Source: an uncultured Verrucomicrobiota bacterium
GTDB lineage: Bacteria > Verrucomicrobiota > Verrucomicrobiia > Limisphaerales > UBA9464
NCBI GenBank assembly: GCA_903922605.1
Contig: CAIXUG010000080.1
Span: forward strand, 7,526-71,525
Direction of reading: 5' to 3'
DNA: 64,000 bases
Shown here: in pieces, positions 22,104-31,000 of the stretch
Numbering within the stretch: the stretch's first letter is position 1
Layout: each line of letters begins with the position of its first letter
Notes under the pieces: model-generated
Database searches by the model: none
Told to the model about the DNA's origin: nothing
Seen by the model: only the letters and a program-made list of their open reading frames with translations
Made by a program: the position numbers and the translations under genes

Positions 22104-23621
22104 TCAGGCGAGCCGAACACAGACCGCTTTGGTCTCGGTGTAGAGCTGGAGCGCTTCCTCGCCCATTTCGCGGCCCCAACCGGACTGCTTGTAGCCGCCA
22201 AACGGCAGCGCGGCGTCGAAAATGTTGTAGCAGTTCACCCACACCGTGCCGGCGCGGAGCTGGCTGGCCAGGCGGTGCGCCTTGGACACGTCGCGGGTCC
22301 ACACGGCGGCGGCGAGGCCGTAAATGTTGTTGTTCGCGGCCGCGAGGACGTCATTGGCATCGGTGAACGGCACGGCGCAGACGACCGGCCCGAAAATCTC
22401 CTCTTCCAGCACCTTCATGCCGGGTTTGGTGTTCACGAGCACCGTCGGCTGCACGAAGTAGCCGCGATCCCCATGGCGACCGCCACCGGCCATGGATTTT
22501 GCCCCCTCGGCCTGGCCGGACTGGAGAAAACCCATGACGCGATTGAGCTGCTCTTCCGAAACCAGCGGACCCATTTCGGTATCCGGCAGGTGGCCGGGGC
22601 CGACCTTGATCTTGGCCGCCGCCGCCGCCACGCCTTCGACGACCTTGTTGAAGTGCTTCTTGTGGACGTAGAGCCGCGAGCCCGCGCAGCAGCACTGGCC
22701 GTGGTTGAAGAAGATCGCGCTTGCCGCGCCGGGGATCGCCGTTTCCAGATCGGCGTCTTCCAGGATGATGTTGGGCGACTTGCCACCCAGCTCGAGCGAC
22801 ACCTTCTTCAGGTCGTTCGCCGCCGCCCGTACAATGATCTTGCCCACCTCGGTGGAGCCGGTGAAGGCGATCTTGTCGATGCCGGAATGCCCCGCCAGCG
22901 CCGCGCCGGCGGTCTCACCGAGGCCCGTAACGATGTTCACCACGCCTTCGGGGAAACCGGCTTCCTGGATCAGCTCGCCGAGCCGGAGCGCGGAAAGCGG
23001 TGTCTGTTCGGCGGGCTTCAGCACCACCGTGCAGCCGGCCGCCAGCGCGGGCCCGAGCTTCCACGCGGCCATCAGCAGCGGGAAATTCCAGGGAATGATC
23101 TGGCCGACCACGCCGACCGGTTCGCGCTGGGTGTAGGCATGGAATTGCGCGCCGGGCGCATAGGGCACTGAGATCGGGAAGGTGCGGCCGTGGATTTTGG
23201 TCGTCCAACCGGCCATATAGCGGAACAGATCCACCGCCAGCGGCACATCGGCAGCGCGGGCGACTCCCAGCGGCTTGCCGTTGTCGAGCGATTCGAGCCG
23301 GGCAAACTCCTCCAGGTTCTTTCCCAGCAGGTCCGCCAGCTTCCAGAGCATCCGGCCACGCTCGGAGGCAGTTAGCCGCCGCCATGGTCCGGTCTCGAAA
23401 GCCGCCCGCGCCGCCTTCACCGCCAGATCGATGTCCGCCTTGTCGCCCGCCGCGATCTTGCAGATCACCTCGCCCGTGGCGGGATCGAAGGTCTCGAAGG
23501 TTTCACCCGATAAGGCGGCCACCCACTGGCCGTTGATGAGCATCTTGCGGGCTTTGGGCGAAACCGTGTGGCCATTGCGGGCACCGTTGACTTTGGCGGA
23601 GGCGGCAGACTTGGTTTTCAT
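22104..23621 (-). CDS. NAD(P)-dependent aldehyde dehydrogenase (DhaS/phenylacetaldehyde dehydrogenase-like)
   Basis: IIPWNFP, KPAEQTP, FTGSTEVG, LELGGKSP, GQCCCAGSR, EEIFGPV, PFGGYKQSG. Confidence 0.95.
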   Translation of the reverse strand: MKTKSAASAKVNGARNGHTVSPKARKMLINGQWVAALSGETFETFDPATGEVICKIAAGDKADIDLAVKAARAAFETGPWRRLTASERGRMLWKLADLLGKNLEEFARLESLDNGKPLGVARAADVPLAVDLFRYMAGWTTKIHGRTFPISVPYAPGAQFHAYTQREPVGVVGQIIPWNFPLLMAAWKLGPALAAGCTVVLKPAEQTPLSALRLGELIQEAGFPEGVVNIVTGLGETAGAALAGHSGIDKIAFTGSTEVGKIIVRAAANDLKKVSLELGGKSPNIILEDADLETAIPGAASAIFFNHGQCCCAGSRLYVHKKHFNKVVEGVAAAAAKIKVGPGHLPDTEMGPLVSEEQLNRVMGFLQSGQAEGAKSMAGGGRHGDRGYFVQPTVLVNTKPGMKVLEEEIFGPVVCAVPFTDANDVLAAANNNIYGLAAAVWTRDVSKAHRLASQLRAGTVWVNCYNIFDAALPFGGYKQSGWGREMGEEALQLYTETKAVCVRLA

Positions 23622-23742
23622 GGAATGGACTCAGGCAGCGCCGGAACACAATGGCCCCGGTGCGGATGGTAAATTTAGTGCTGAACGGAGGATATTTAAT
23701 CCGATCTCCTCCGTGCGTCCATCCCCTTGATATGGGAAACGG

Positions 23743-23855
23743 CGATTTCGAATTTCGAATTGCGGATTCGAAGACAGGAGTCAGGAGGCGGGAGGCGCGG
23801 GACGAAGATTTGAATTTTCCCCCGCCCCCTGCTCCCCCTCTCCCCGGCTCCCCCG
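23743..23855. repeat. Short-period (7-8 nt) degenerate tandem repeats
   Basis: cgatttcgaatttcgaattgcggattcga; caggagtcaggaggcgggaggc; ccccctgctccccctctccccggctcccc. Confidence 0.6.
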
Positions 23856-23875
23856 GCCGGGTGCAATTTTTAGCT

Positions 23876-23891
23876 TGGGTCGCAGGTTGCA
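23876..23891 (+). promoter_or_regulatory. Possible sigma-54 (-24/-12) promoter
   Basis: tGGgtcgcaggttGCa has GG-N10-GC spacing with TTGCA at -12, about 45 bp upstream of the small ORF at 23937. Confidence 0.3.
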
Positions 23892-23936
23892 TACGGCCCG
23901 GGTTCCCGATACCAATCGAGCAACCACCCTCGGCCT

Positions 23937-24107
23937 ATGTTCGGTTCAAAGCCCAAGAAAGCGGAAGACCGCCGCTATTACCTCTTGCCAGGTCAAGGGC
24001 GCGGAGCCCGACGGAAACACCGTCAGCAGTTCTACATCGCCATTCTGGTCGGCTGTTTCTCCGCCGCCGCGCTTGGCCTCGCGATCTGGATGTTTAACCA
24101 GACCTAG
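23937..24107 (+). CDS. Small (56 aa) single-pass membrane protein, absent from the ORF track
   Basis: Hand translation gives MFGSKPKKAEDRRYYLLPGQGRGARRKHRQQFYIAILVGCFSAAALGLAIWMFNQT*: basic N-terminus then one TM helix. Confidence 0.65.
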   Translation: MFGSKPKKAEDRRYYLLPGQGRGARRKHRQQFYIAILVGCFSAAALGLAIWMFNQT

Positions 24108-24155
24108 GCCTGCAGGAGAAACGCCTCCCGGCGGTTGAAGCAGGAAGTCTGGGCA

Positions 24156-24235
24156 GCGCGGAGCGGGGAACGCGGAGCGCGGAGTGAGTACGAACCGCAA
24201 ACCCTTCCGTCGTCCGTAAATCGTAAATCGTAAAT
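24156..24235. repeat. Heptamer tandem repeats
   Basis: gcgcggagcggggaacgcggagcgcggag and (cgtaaat)x3 at 24215-24235. Confidence 0.65.
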
Positions 24236-24289
24236 TTCTCCAAGCCACTCCGTATTGGCCTCCGACCGGGCAGCGCGTAGCCTCGGGCC

Positions 24290-27200
24290 GTGAAACCGTT
24301 CCGGCTCCTTCTGTGGTTGCTGCTTCCCCTGCTCGGCCAGGCGCAGCACGCCGCCCTTTCGCCGGCCTTTGACACCGCCACCAGCGAATCCCAGCACTTT
24401 CAGCTCATGCCCGGCCTCCGGCTCTCGGTGTGGGCCGCCGAGCCGCAGCTCAGCAACAGCGTCGCCTTCAGCATCGACGGCAAGGGCCGCATCTTTCTGG
24501 CCGAATCGGACCGTTGGGCAATCAGCGTCTTCGACATCACCACGCACACCAACTGGCTGCTGGAGGACATGTCGTTTCACCGCGTCGCCGACCGGGCCGC
24601 GTTCCTGACCAACCAGTTTGCCACGAACCTCTCCTTTCTGACGAAGGACAGCGAGGTGGTCCGCCTGCTGGAGGATCGCGCCGGCACCGGCCACGCCGAC
24701 CACAGTGAGATCATTGCCACCGGCTTCAACTCGGTCGTGGATGGCACCGCCGCCGGGGTGCTCGCCACCGGCACCAATGTCTATTTCGCGAATATCCCGA
24801 ACTTGTGGCGCCTCGATCAAAAAGTAAGCGAGTCAGCCAGTGAGCCAGCGGGTGAGAAAGGAACCTCTGGCTCACTCGCTCACTGGCCCACTCGCTCACT
24901 TTTGGCCGCCGGTTTCGGCGTCCACATCGGTGTCTCAGGGCACGACCTGCACGGGCTGATCAAGGGACCGGATGGACGTATCTACTTCAGTTTCGGCGAC
25001 CGCGGTGTGTGCCTCACCAACCGTGAGGGGGCGGTCATCAACCTGCCCGATTGCGGCGGCGTGCTGCGCTGTGAGCCGGACGGAGCCAATCTCGAGGTCT
25101 TCTGTTACGGCCTGCGCAATCCGCAGGAACTCGCCTTCGACGATCTGGGAAACTTGTGGACCGTGGACAACGACACCGCCGGTGCCGACCCCTGCCGCGT
25201 ACTTCATCTGGTGGAGGGCGGCGACTACGGCTGGCGCACCAGCTACCAGCACATGGAAGGCTTCGGCCCCTGGGTGCAGGAGGAGCTGTGGAAAGGCGGC
25301 CAGGACGGCATCCTGCCACCGGCCGGCACCGTGAGCCAGGGGCCGTGCGGGCTCGCCTACTATCCCGGTACCGGCTTCGGCAACCGGTTCGCCGGCACCT
25401 TCCTGCACTGCGATTTTCCCGTGGGTGTCACGGCCTTCACGGTCAAGCCGCAAGGCGCGAGCTACGTGGTGGATCGGCAGGAAAAGTTCCTCTGGAACTG
25501 CTGGCCCACGGATGTGGACTTCGGCCCCGATGGCTCCGTTTATGTGCTCGACTGGGTAAGCGGGTGGGGCCAGTCCACCAAGGGCCGTATCTACCGCATC
25601 ACGCCCGCCGAGCGCGACCCCACTCAGACAACGCTTGTTGCCGAAGTGAAGCGCCTGCTCGGCGAAGGGATGGGCCAACGTGGTGAACAGGAGCTGATCG
25701 ACCTGCTCGGCCACGCCAACCGCCGGGTGCGGCTGGAAGCGCAGTGGGAACTGGCAGATCGAGCAGTTGCAGCAAATGGAAGGAATGCCGGCCTCATCAT
25801 TCCCAAACTGATGGAAGTTTCCCTTCGATCGGGAAACACGTTCGCCCGGATTCACAGCGTCTGGGCTATTGCCCAAGCCTCTCGTAAACTGGTGACCCTT
25901 CAGCCTCCACAGATGTTGTCAGATTGGTTTTACCCTCTTCTTCCCCTGCTTTCCGACAGAGATCCCGCAGTCGTCCGGTCGGCAACCCGGCTCTTCTCCG
26001 AAACCGGCTATTGGAATGCAATGCCATTGATCAATGGCTTGCTCGAAGACTCAAACCCGGCGACGCGTTGCGAAGCCGTCGCGGCCATGGCGAAATGGTC
26101 TTCGTTGCGTTCAGGTTATCTTCCGGCCTCGGCATCGCCATTAAGAAAGCGTTTGAATGAAGCCAAGACAGAAATCGTGAATCGAGCCACCGGCCGGAAT
26201 GACCCGGCAGACATCGGAGCCGATTTCTCGTGGAAAGTACCATTTGACGGCATAGCCCGATACATCATCGCCGCCAAACAGGATCAGGATGAATGGCAGT
26301 TTCAGTCGGCGACGTGTTTTCTGGAGAATTATTGGCTGTTTATCGCGCACTTCGATCGAACCAATGCCGTTGATTTCAGCCGGCTTCCAAAAAATGTGGG
26401 CGATCGATATGCGAAACACGCCGACCCGGCCGTACGTATGGCCGCCTTACTCGCACTGCGCGGGCTCACCAACTCGGCCGTCACCAACTTCCTCGCCGAC
26501 CCCGATCCGGCCCTCGTCATCGCCGCCGGGCGGGCCATCCACGACGTGCCCATCGTCGAGGGCTTTCCGGCACTCGCGTCGTTCATCCTGAAGATCGACT
26601 GCCCCACGAACCTGATGTCGCGCGTCATCGACGCCTGCTTCCGGCTCGGCACGCCGCAGCACGCGCAGATGCTCGCCGGCTTCGCCAAGCGCCAGGACGT
26701 GCCCGAGCAGTCCCGCGTGCTCGCGCTACGCGCTCTCGCGGACTGGCCCGCACCACCGCCGCTCGACCGCGTGAACGGATTGTGGCGCCCCTCAATAAGC
26801 GCGGAGCGCGGAGCGCGGAATCCGGAATCCGGAATTTCAGCTACGGCAGCGTCGAACAATCCACTGCTGTCCCGCGCGGCCCAAAACGTGACCCCGGGAG
26901 CGCAATCCGCCGTCCCCACCCTGCCCGCCGATCTCGGTCGTTCCGCGAGCTATGCGGAGGGCATGGCGGTGAAGCGCAATCCGGCCCCCGCTCGGCGCGC
27001 CTTCCGGCGCGTGGCCGGTGAAATCATGGACCCGGCCACGCCGGATGAGAATGGCGTCGTGCTGGGCGGTGAACCCGCCCCCGTCGCCGTTCAGCTCGCC
27101 GTGATCGACACGGCGGTGCGGCTGCAGACGAAGGAAGCCTCGTCACCGCTCTTCGCGGAGCTTACCCGCAGCAACACGCCGCCGGAAGTCCGCCGCGCCA

Positions 27201-27991
27201 TCGTGCCCGCGCTCGCCGCACTCCGCGCCGCCCAAACTGGGGAAGCGGTGAAACTCGCCCTCGCCGATCCCGACCCCGCGCTGCGCGCCTCCGCCCTGCC
27301 CTACCTCGACCGGCTGGACGGCGCGGATACGGTTGGCCTCCTGGTGGGCGTGGTCAACGGCCCGACGGATCGCCGCCTTGCCCAGGCCGCCATTGCGGCA
27401 CTGGCGAAGCTGCCTGACGCGTCGGCCGTGGCGGCATTGCAAAATTTCTCCTCGGCCCTGGAGGTTGGAAAGCTGCCGCCGGAGCTGGCTCTGGATATTC
27501 ATGAGGCCATCCGGCCACGCAGCACGGAGGCCAACGGTTTTCGCGACGCGCTGGTCGGGGGCGACGCCGCGCGCGGCCGGCAGATCTTTTATGGGAACCA
27601 GACGGTGCAGTGTTCGCGCTGCCACCGGACCGGCGGCGAGGGCGGCACCGTCGGGCCGAAGCTCGATGGCATCGGCAGCCGCAACCCGCGCGAGTACCTG
27701 CTCGAATCCATCCTCGCACCGAACGCGAAAATCGCCGCCGGCTTCGAGAACGCGACGGTGGCGCTCCGCGACGGTCGCTCCCTCACCGGGACCGTCCGGC
27801 ACGAGGCCAACGACGCGCTCACGCTCGAGCTTGTGGACGGCGAGACGGGCACAACGAATTCCGTGTCGCTCCTGAAGGCGGACATCACGCAACGCCAGCG
27901 CGGCCTGAGCGCGATGCCCGAGGGACTGGCCGCCCAGCTCACACCCTTCGAACTGCGCGATCTCGTGGAGTTCCTCGCGTCACTGAAGTAG
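24290..27991 (+). CDS. PVC-type putative membrane-bound dehydrogenase: beta-propeller + HEAT repeats + C-terminal c-type heme domain
   Basis: Signal peptide, WAAEPQL, GHDLHGLIKGPDGRIYFSFGDRG, GLRNPQELAFDD, GGDYGW, HEAT-like repeats, GDAARGRQIF...CSRCH...GPKLDGIG, SAMPEGL, DLVEFLASLK. Confidence 0.88.
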   Translation: MKPFRLLLWLLLPLLGQAQHAALSPAFDTATSESQHFQLMPGLRLSVWAAEPQLSNSVAFSIDGKGRIFLAESDRWAISVFDITTHTNWLLEDMSFHRVADRAAFLTNQFATNLSFLTKDSEVVRLLEDRAGTGHADHSEIIATGFNSVVDGTAAGVLATGTNVYFANIPNLWRLDQKVSESASEPAGEKGTSGSLAHWPTRSLLAAGFGVHIGVSGHDLHGLIKGPDGRIYFSFGDRGVCLTNREGAVINLPDCGGVLRCEPDGANLEVFCYGLRNPQELAFDDLGNLWTVDNDTAGADPCRVLHLVEGGDYGWRTSYQHMEGFGPWVQEELWKGGQDGILPPAGTVSQGPCGLAYYPGTGFGNRFAGTFLHCDFPVGVTAFTVKPQGASYVVDRQEKFLWNCWPTDVDFGPDGSVYVLDWVSGWGQSTKGRIYRITPAERDPTQTTLVAEVKRLLGEGMGQRGEQELIDLLGHANRRVRLEAQWELADRAVAANGRNAGLIIPKLMEVSLRSGNTFARIHSVWAIAQASRKLVTLQPPQMLSDWFYPLLPLLSDRDPAVVRSATRLFSETGYWNAMPLINGLLEDSNPATRCEAVAAMAKWSSLRSGYLPASASPLRKRLNEAKTEIVNRATGRNDPADIGADFSWKVPFDGIARYIIAAKQDQDEWQFQSATCFLENYWLFIAHFDRTNAVDFSRLPKNVGDRYAKHADPAVRMAALLALRGLTNSAVTNFLADPDPALVIAAGRAIHDVPIVEGFPALASFILKIDCPTNLMSRVIDACFRLGTPQHAQMLAGFAKRQDVPEQSRVLALRALADWPAPPPLDRVNGLWRPSISAERGARNPESGISATAASNNPLLSRAAQNVTPGAQSAVPTLPADLGRSASYAEGMAVKRNPAPARRAFRRVAGEIMDPATPDENGVVLGGEPAPVAVQLAVIDTAVRLQTKEASSPLFAELTRSNTPPEVRRAIVPALAALRAAQTGEAVKLALADPDPALRASALPYLDRLDGADTVGLLVGVVNGPTDRRLAQAAIAALAKLPDASAVAALQNFSSALEVGKLPPELALDIHEAIRPRSTEANGFRDALVGGDAARGRQIFYGNQTVQCSRCHRTGGEGGTVGPKLDGIGSRNPREYLLESILAPNAKIAAGFENATVALRDGRSLTGTVRHEANDALTLELVDGETGTTNSVSLLKADITQRQRGLSAMPEGLAAQLTPFELRDLVEFLASLK

Positions 27992-28003
27992 CGGAAAGCC
28001 GCC

Positions 28004-31000
28004 TCACGGCCCCAGCGCACGATAGAGCAATCCCGGCCCGCTGACCGGCGAAGGCGAGGTGTAATCGAGCAACCCGTCCGCCGGACTGCCGCTGGTCACG
28101 TCGGTCCAAGTGCTGAAATCGGGGGTGGATTGGATCGTGTAGGTGAGCCCCGGCGTGCCTTGCAGGCGAAGGTGCAGACGGCCATCCGGCAACACCTCGA
28201 AGACAGTGAACGACGGTGCGGCCGCCGTGGACACACTGAGAGTGGCCGCAACACTGGTCACCGTCCCTGCCAGATTCGTCACGACCACGCGATAACTGCC
28301 CGCGTCACTCACATTGACACTGGCAATCGTGTAGTTTGTCCCCGTCGCGCCGGGGATGTTCGTCGTACCCCTCTGCCATTGGTAGGCGAGCGACGGGGTG
28401 CCGGCGGCGACCACGCTGAACGTGGCGCTCTGCCCGACCACCCGCGACAGGCTGGCCGGAGGGGTCGTGATGGTCGGCGGCACGCGCACGGAGAGGGTCG
28501 CCGCCGCACTGGTGGCGGTGCTGACCACGTTGCTGACCACGCAGTCGTAGCTGCCATCGTCCGCCGACAGCACGTTGGTCAGGCTCAGGGTGGCAGCAGT
28601 TTTTCCAGGGAGGGCCGTGCCGCCCTTGCGCCACTGGTAAGTCGGCGCCGGAGTTCCGGTCGCCGTCACGGTGAAGGTCGCCGTGTCACCCTGGTTCACC
28701 GTCTGGCTAACAGGATCGCCGGTGACCTGTGGGGGTGCTTGAACCGTCAGCGTGGCGGCAGTGCTCGTCACCGTGCCCGCCAGATTCGTCACCACCACGC
28801 GATAGCTGCCCGCGTCACTCAGGGCAACGCTCGGAATCGAATAGTTTGTGCCCGTCGCTCCGGGCAGGTTCGTCGCGGCTCGCTGCCATTGATATGCAAG
28901 CGGACCAGTGCCGGCGGCGACCACGCTGAAGGTCACCGGATTACCCTGCACAATGGTCTGGCTCGCCGGCGGCGTGGTAATGCTCGGCACCGTCCGCACC
29001 GTGAGTGTCGCCGCCGCGCTCGTGTTCGTTCCGGCCAGGTTGCTCACCACGCAATCGTAGCTGCCCGCATCGCCGGCCACACAGGAAGCCAGGGTCAGGG
29101 TCGCGGAGGTCTTGCCGGACAGGCCCATGCCACCCTTGCGCCACTGGTAACCTAGCGGACCGGTGCCAGTAGCCGTCACCGTGAAGGAGACCGGATCGCC
29201 CGGATTGACCGTCTGGCTGGCCGGATCGCCGGTGATGCTCGGCGGCACGCGCACGGTCAGGGTCGCTGCCGCACTCGTAGCCGTACTGACCACGTTGCTG
29301 ACCACACAGTCATAGCTGCCCTCGTCCGCCGGCAGCACGCTGGTCAGGCTGAGGGTGGCGGCAGTTTTTCCGGGGAGGGCCATGCCGCCCTTGCGCCACT
29401 GGTAAGTCGGCGCCGGAGTGCCCGTTGCCGTCACCGTGAAGTTCGCCGTGTCCCCCTGGTTCACCGTCTGGCTCGCGGGATCGACCGTAACCAGCGGCGG
29501 CGCCTGGACCGTCAGCGTCGCGGCGGTGCTGGTCACGGTGCCGGCAAGATTCGTGACTGCCACGCGGTAGCTGCCCGCGTCACCCAAGGCAACGCTCGGA
29601 ATCGAATAGTTGGTGCCGGTCGCACCGGGCAGGTTCGTCGCGGCTCGCTGCCACTGATATGCGAGCGGACCGGTGCCGGCGGCGACCACGCTGAAGGTCA
29701 CCGGATTACCTTGCACAATGGTCTGGCTCGCCGGCGGCGTCGTGATGCTCGGTACCGTCCGCACCGTGAGTGTCGCCGCCGCGCTCGTGTCGCTGCCGGC
29801 CAGGTTACTCACCACACAGTCGTAGCTGCCCGCATCCGCCGACTGCGCGCCAGGGATGCTGAGCATCGCCGCTATTTTCCCGACGAGGTTCGTACCACCC
29901 TTGCGCCACTGGTAGCCAAGCGGCCCGGTGCCGGTGGCCGTCACCGTAAAGCTCGCGGTGTCACCCGGATTGACGGTCTGGCTCGAAGGATCGCCGGTCA
30001 CATTCGGCGGCACGCGCACCGTCAGCGTCGCCGCTGCGCTCGTGGCGGTGCTGACCACGTTGCTGACCACACAGTCATAGCTGCCCTCGTCCGCCGGCAG
30101 CACACTGGTCAGACTCAAGGTGGCGGCGGTTTTTCCGGGAAGGGCCGTCCCACCCTTGCGCCACTGGTAGGTCGGCGCCGGGGTTCCGGTCGCTGTCACC
30201 GTAAAACTCGCCGTGTCGCCCTGATTCACCGTCTGACTGAGAGGATCGCCGGTGACATGAGGCGGGGCCTGGACGGTCAGGGTTGCGTCGACGCTGGTCA
30301 CGGTGCCGGCCAGATTTGTCACGACTACCCGGTAGCTCCCCGTGTCACTCAGGGCGACGCTCGGAATCGAATAGCTCGTGCCCGTCGCGCCCGGGAGATT
30401 CGTCGTGGCCCGCTGCCACTGATACGCCAGCGGGCCAGTGCCGGCGGCAACCACGCTGAAGGTCACCGGGTTGCCCTGCACAATGGTCTGGCTCGCCGGC
30501 GGCGTCGTGATGCTCGGCAACGTCCGCACGGTGAGGGTCGCCGCGGCACTCGTGGCCGTGCCTGCCAGATTGGTCACTACGCAGTCGTAGCTGCCCGCAT
30601 CGCCGGCCACGCAGGAGGCGATGCTCAGGGTGGCGGAGGTCTTGCCGGAAATATCCATGCCGCCCTTGCGCCACTGGTAGCCGAGCGGCCCGGTGCCGGT
30701 GGCCGTCACCGTGAAGGAGACCGGATCGCCGGGATTCACGGTCTGGCTCGCCGGATCTCCGGTGACATCCGGCGGCACGCGTACGGTCAGGGTTGCCGCT
30801 GCGCTCGTCGCGGTGCTGACCACGTTGCTGACCACGCAGTCGTAGCTGCCCTCGTCCGCCGGCAGCACGCTGGCCAGGCTCAGGGTAGCGGCGGTTTTTC
30901 CGGGCAGGGCCGTGCCTCCCTTGCGCCATTGGTAGGTGGGAGCCGGAGTGCCCGTTGCCGTCACCGTGAAGTTCGCGGTGTCCCCCTGGTTCACCGTCTG

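Noticed and set aside
25750-26420. Diversity-generating retroelement target
   Set aside because: No reverse transcriptase, no template/variable repeat pair and no adenine-specific pattern can be shown in the window. Kept only as an unexplained AT-shifted segment.
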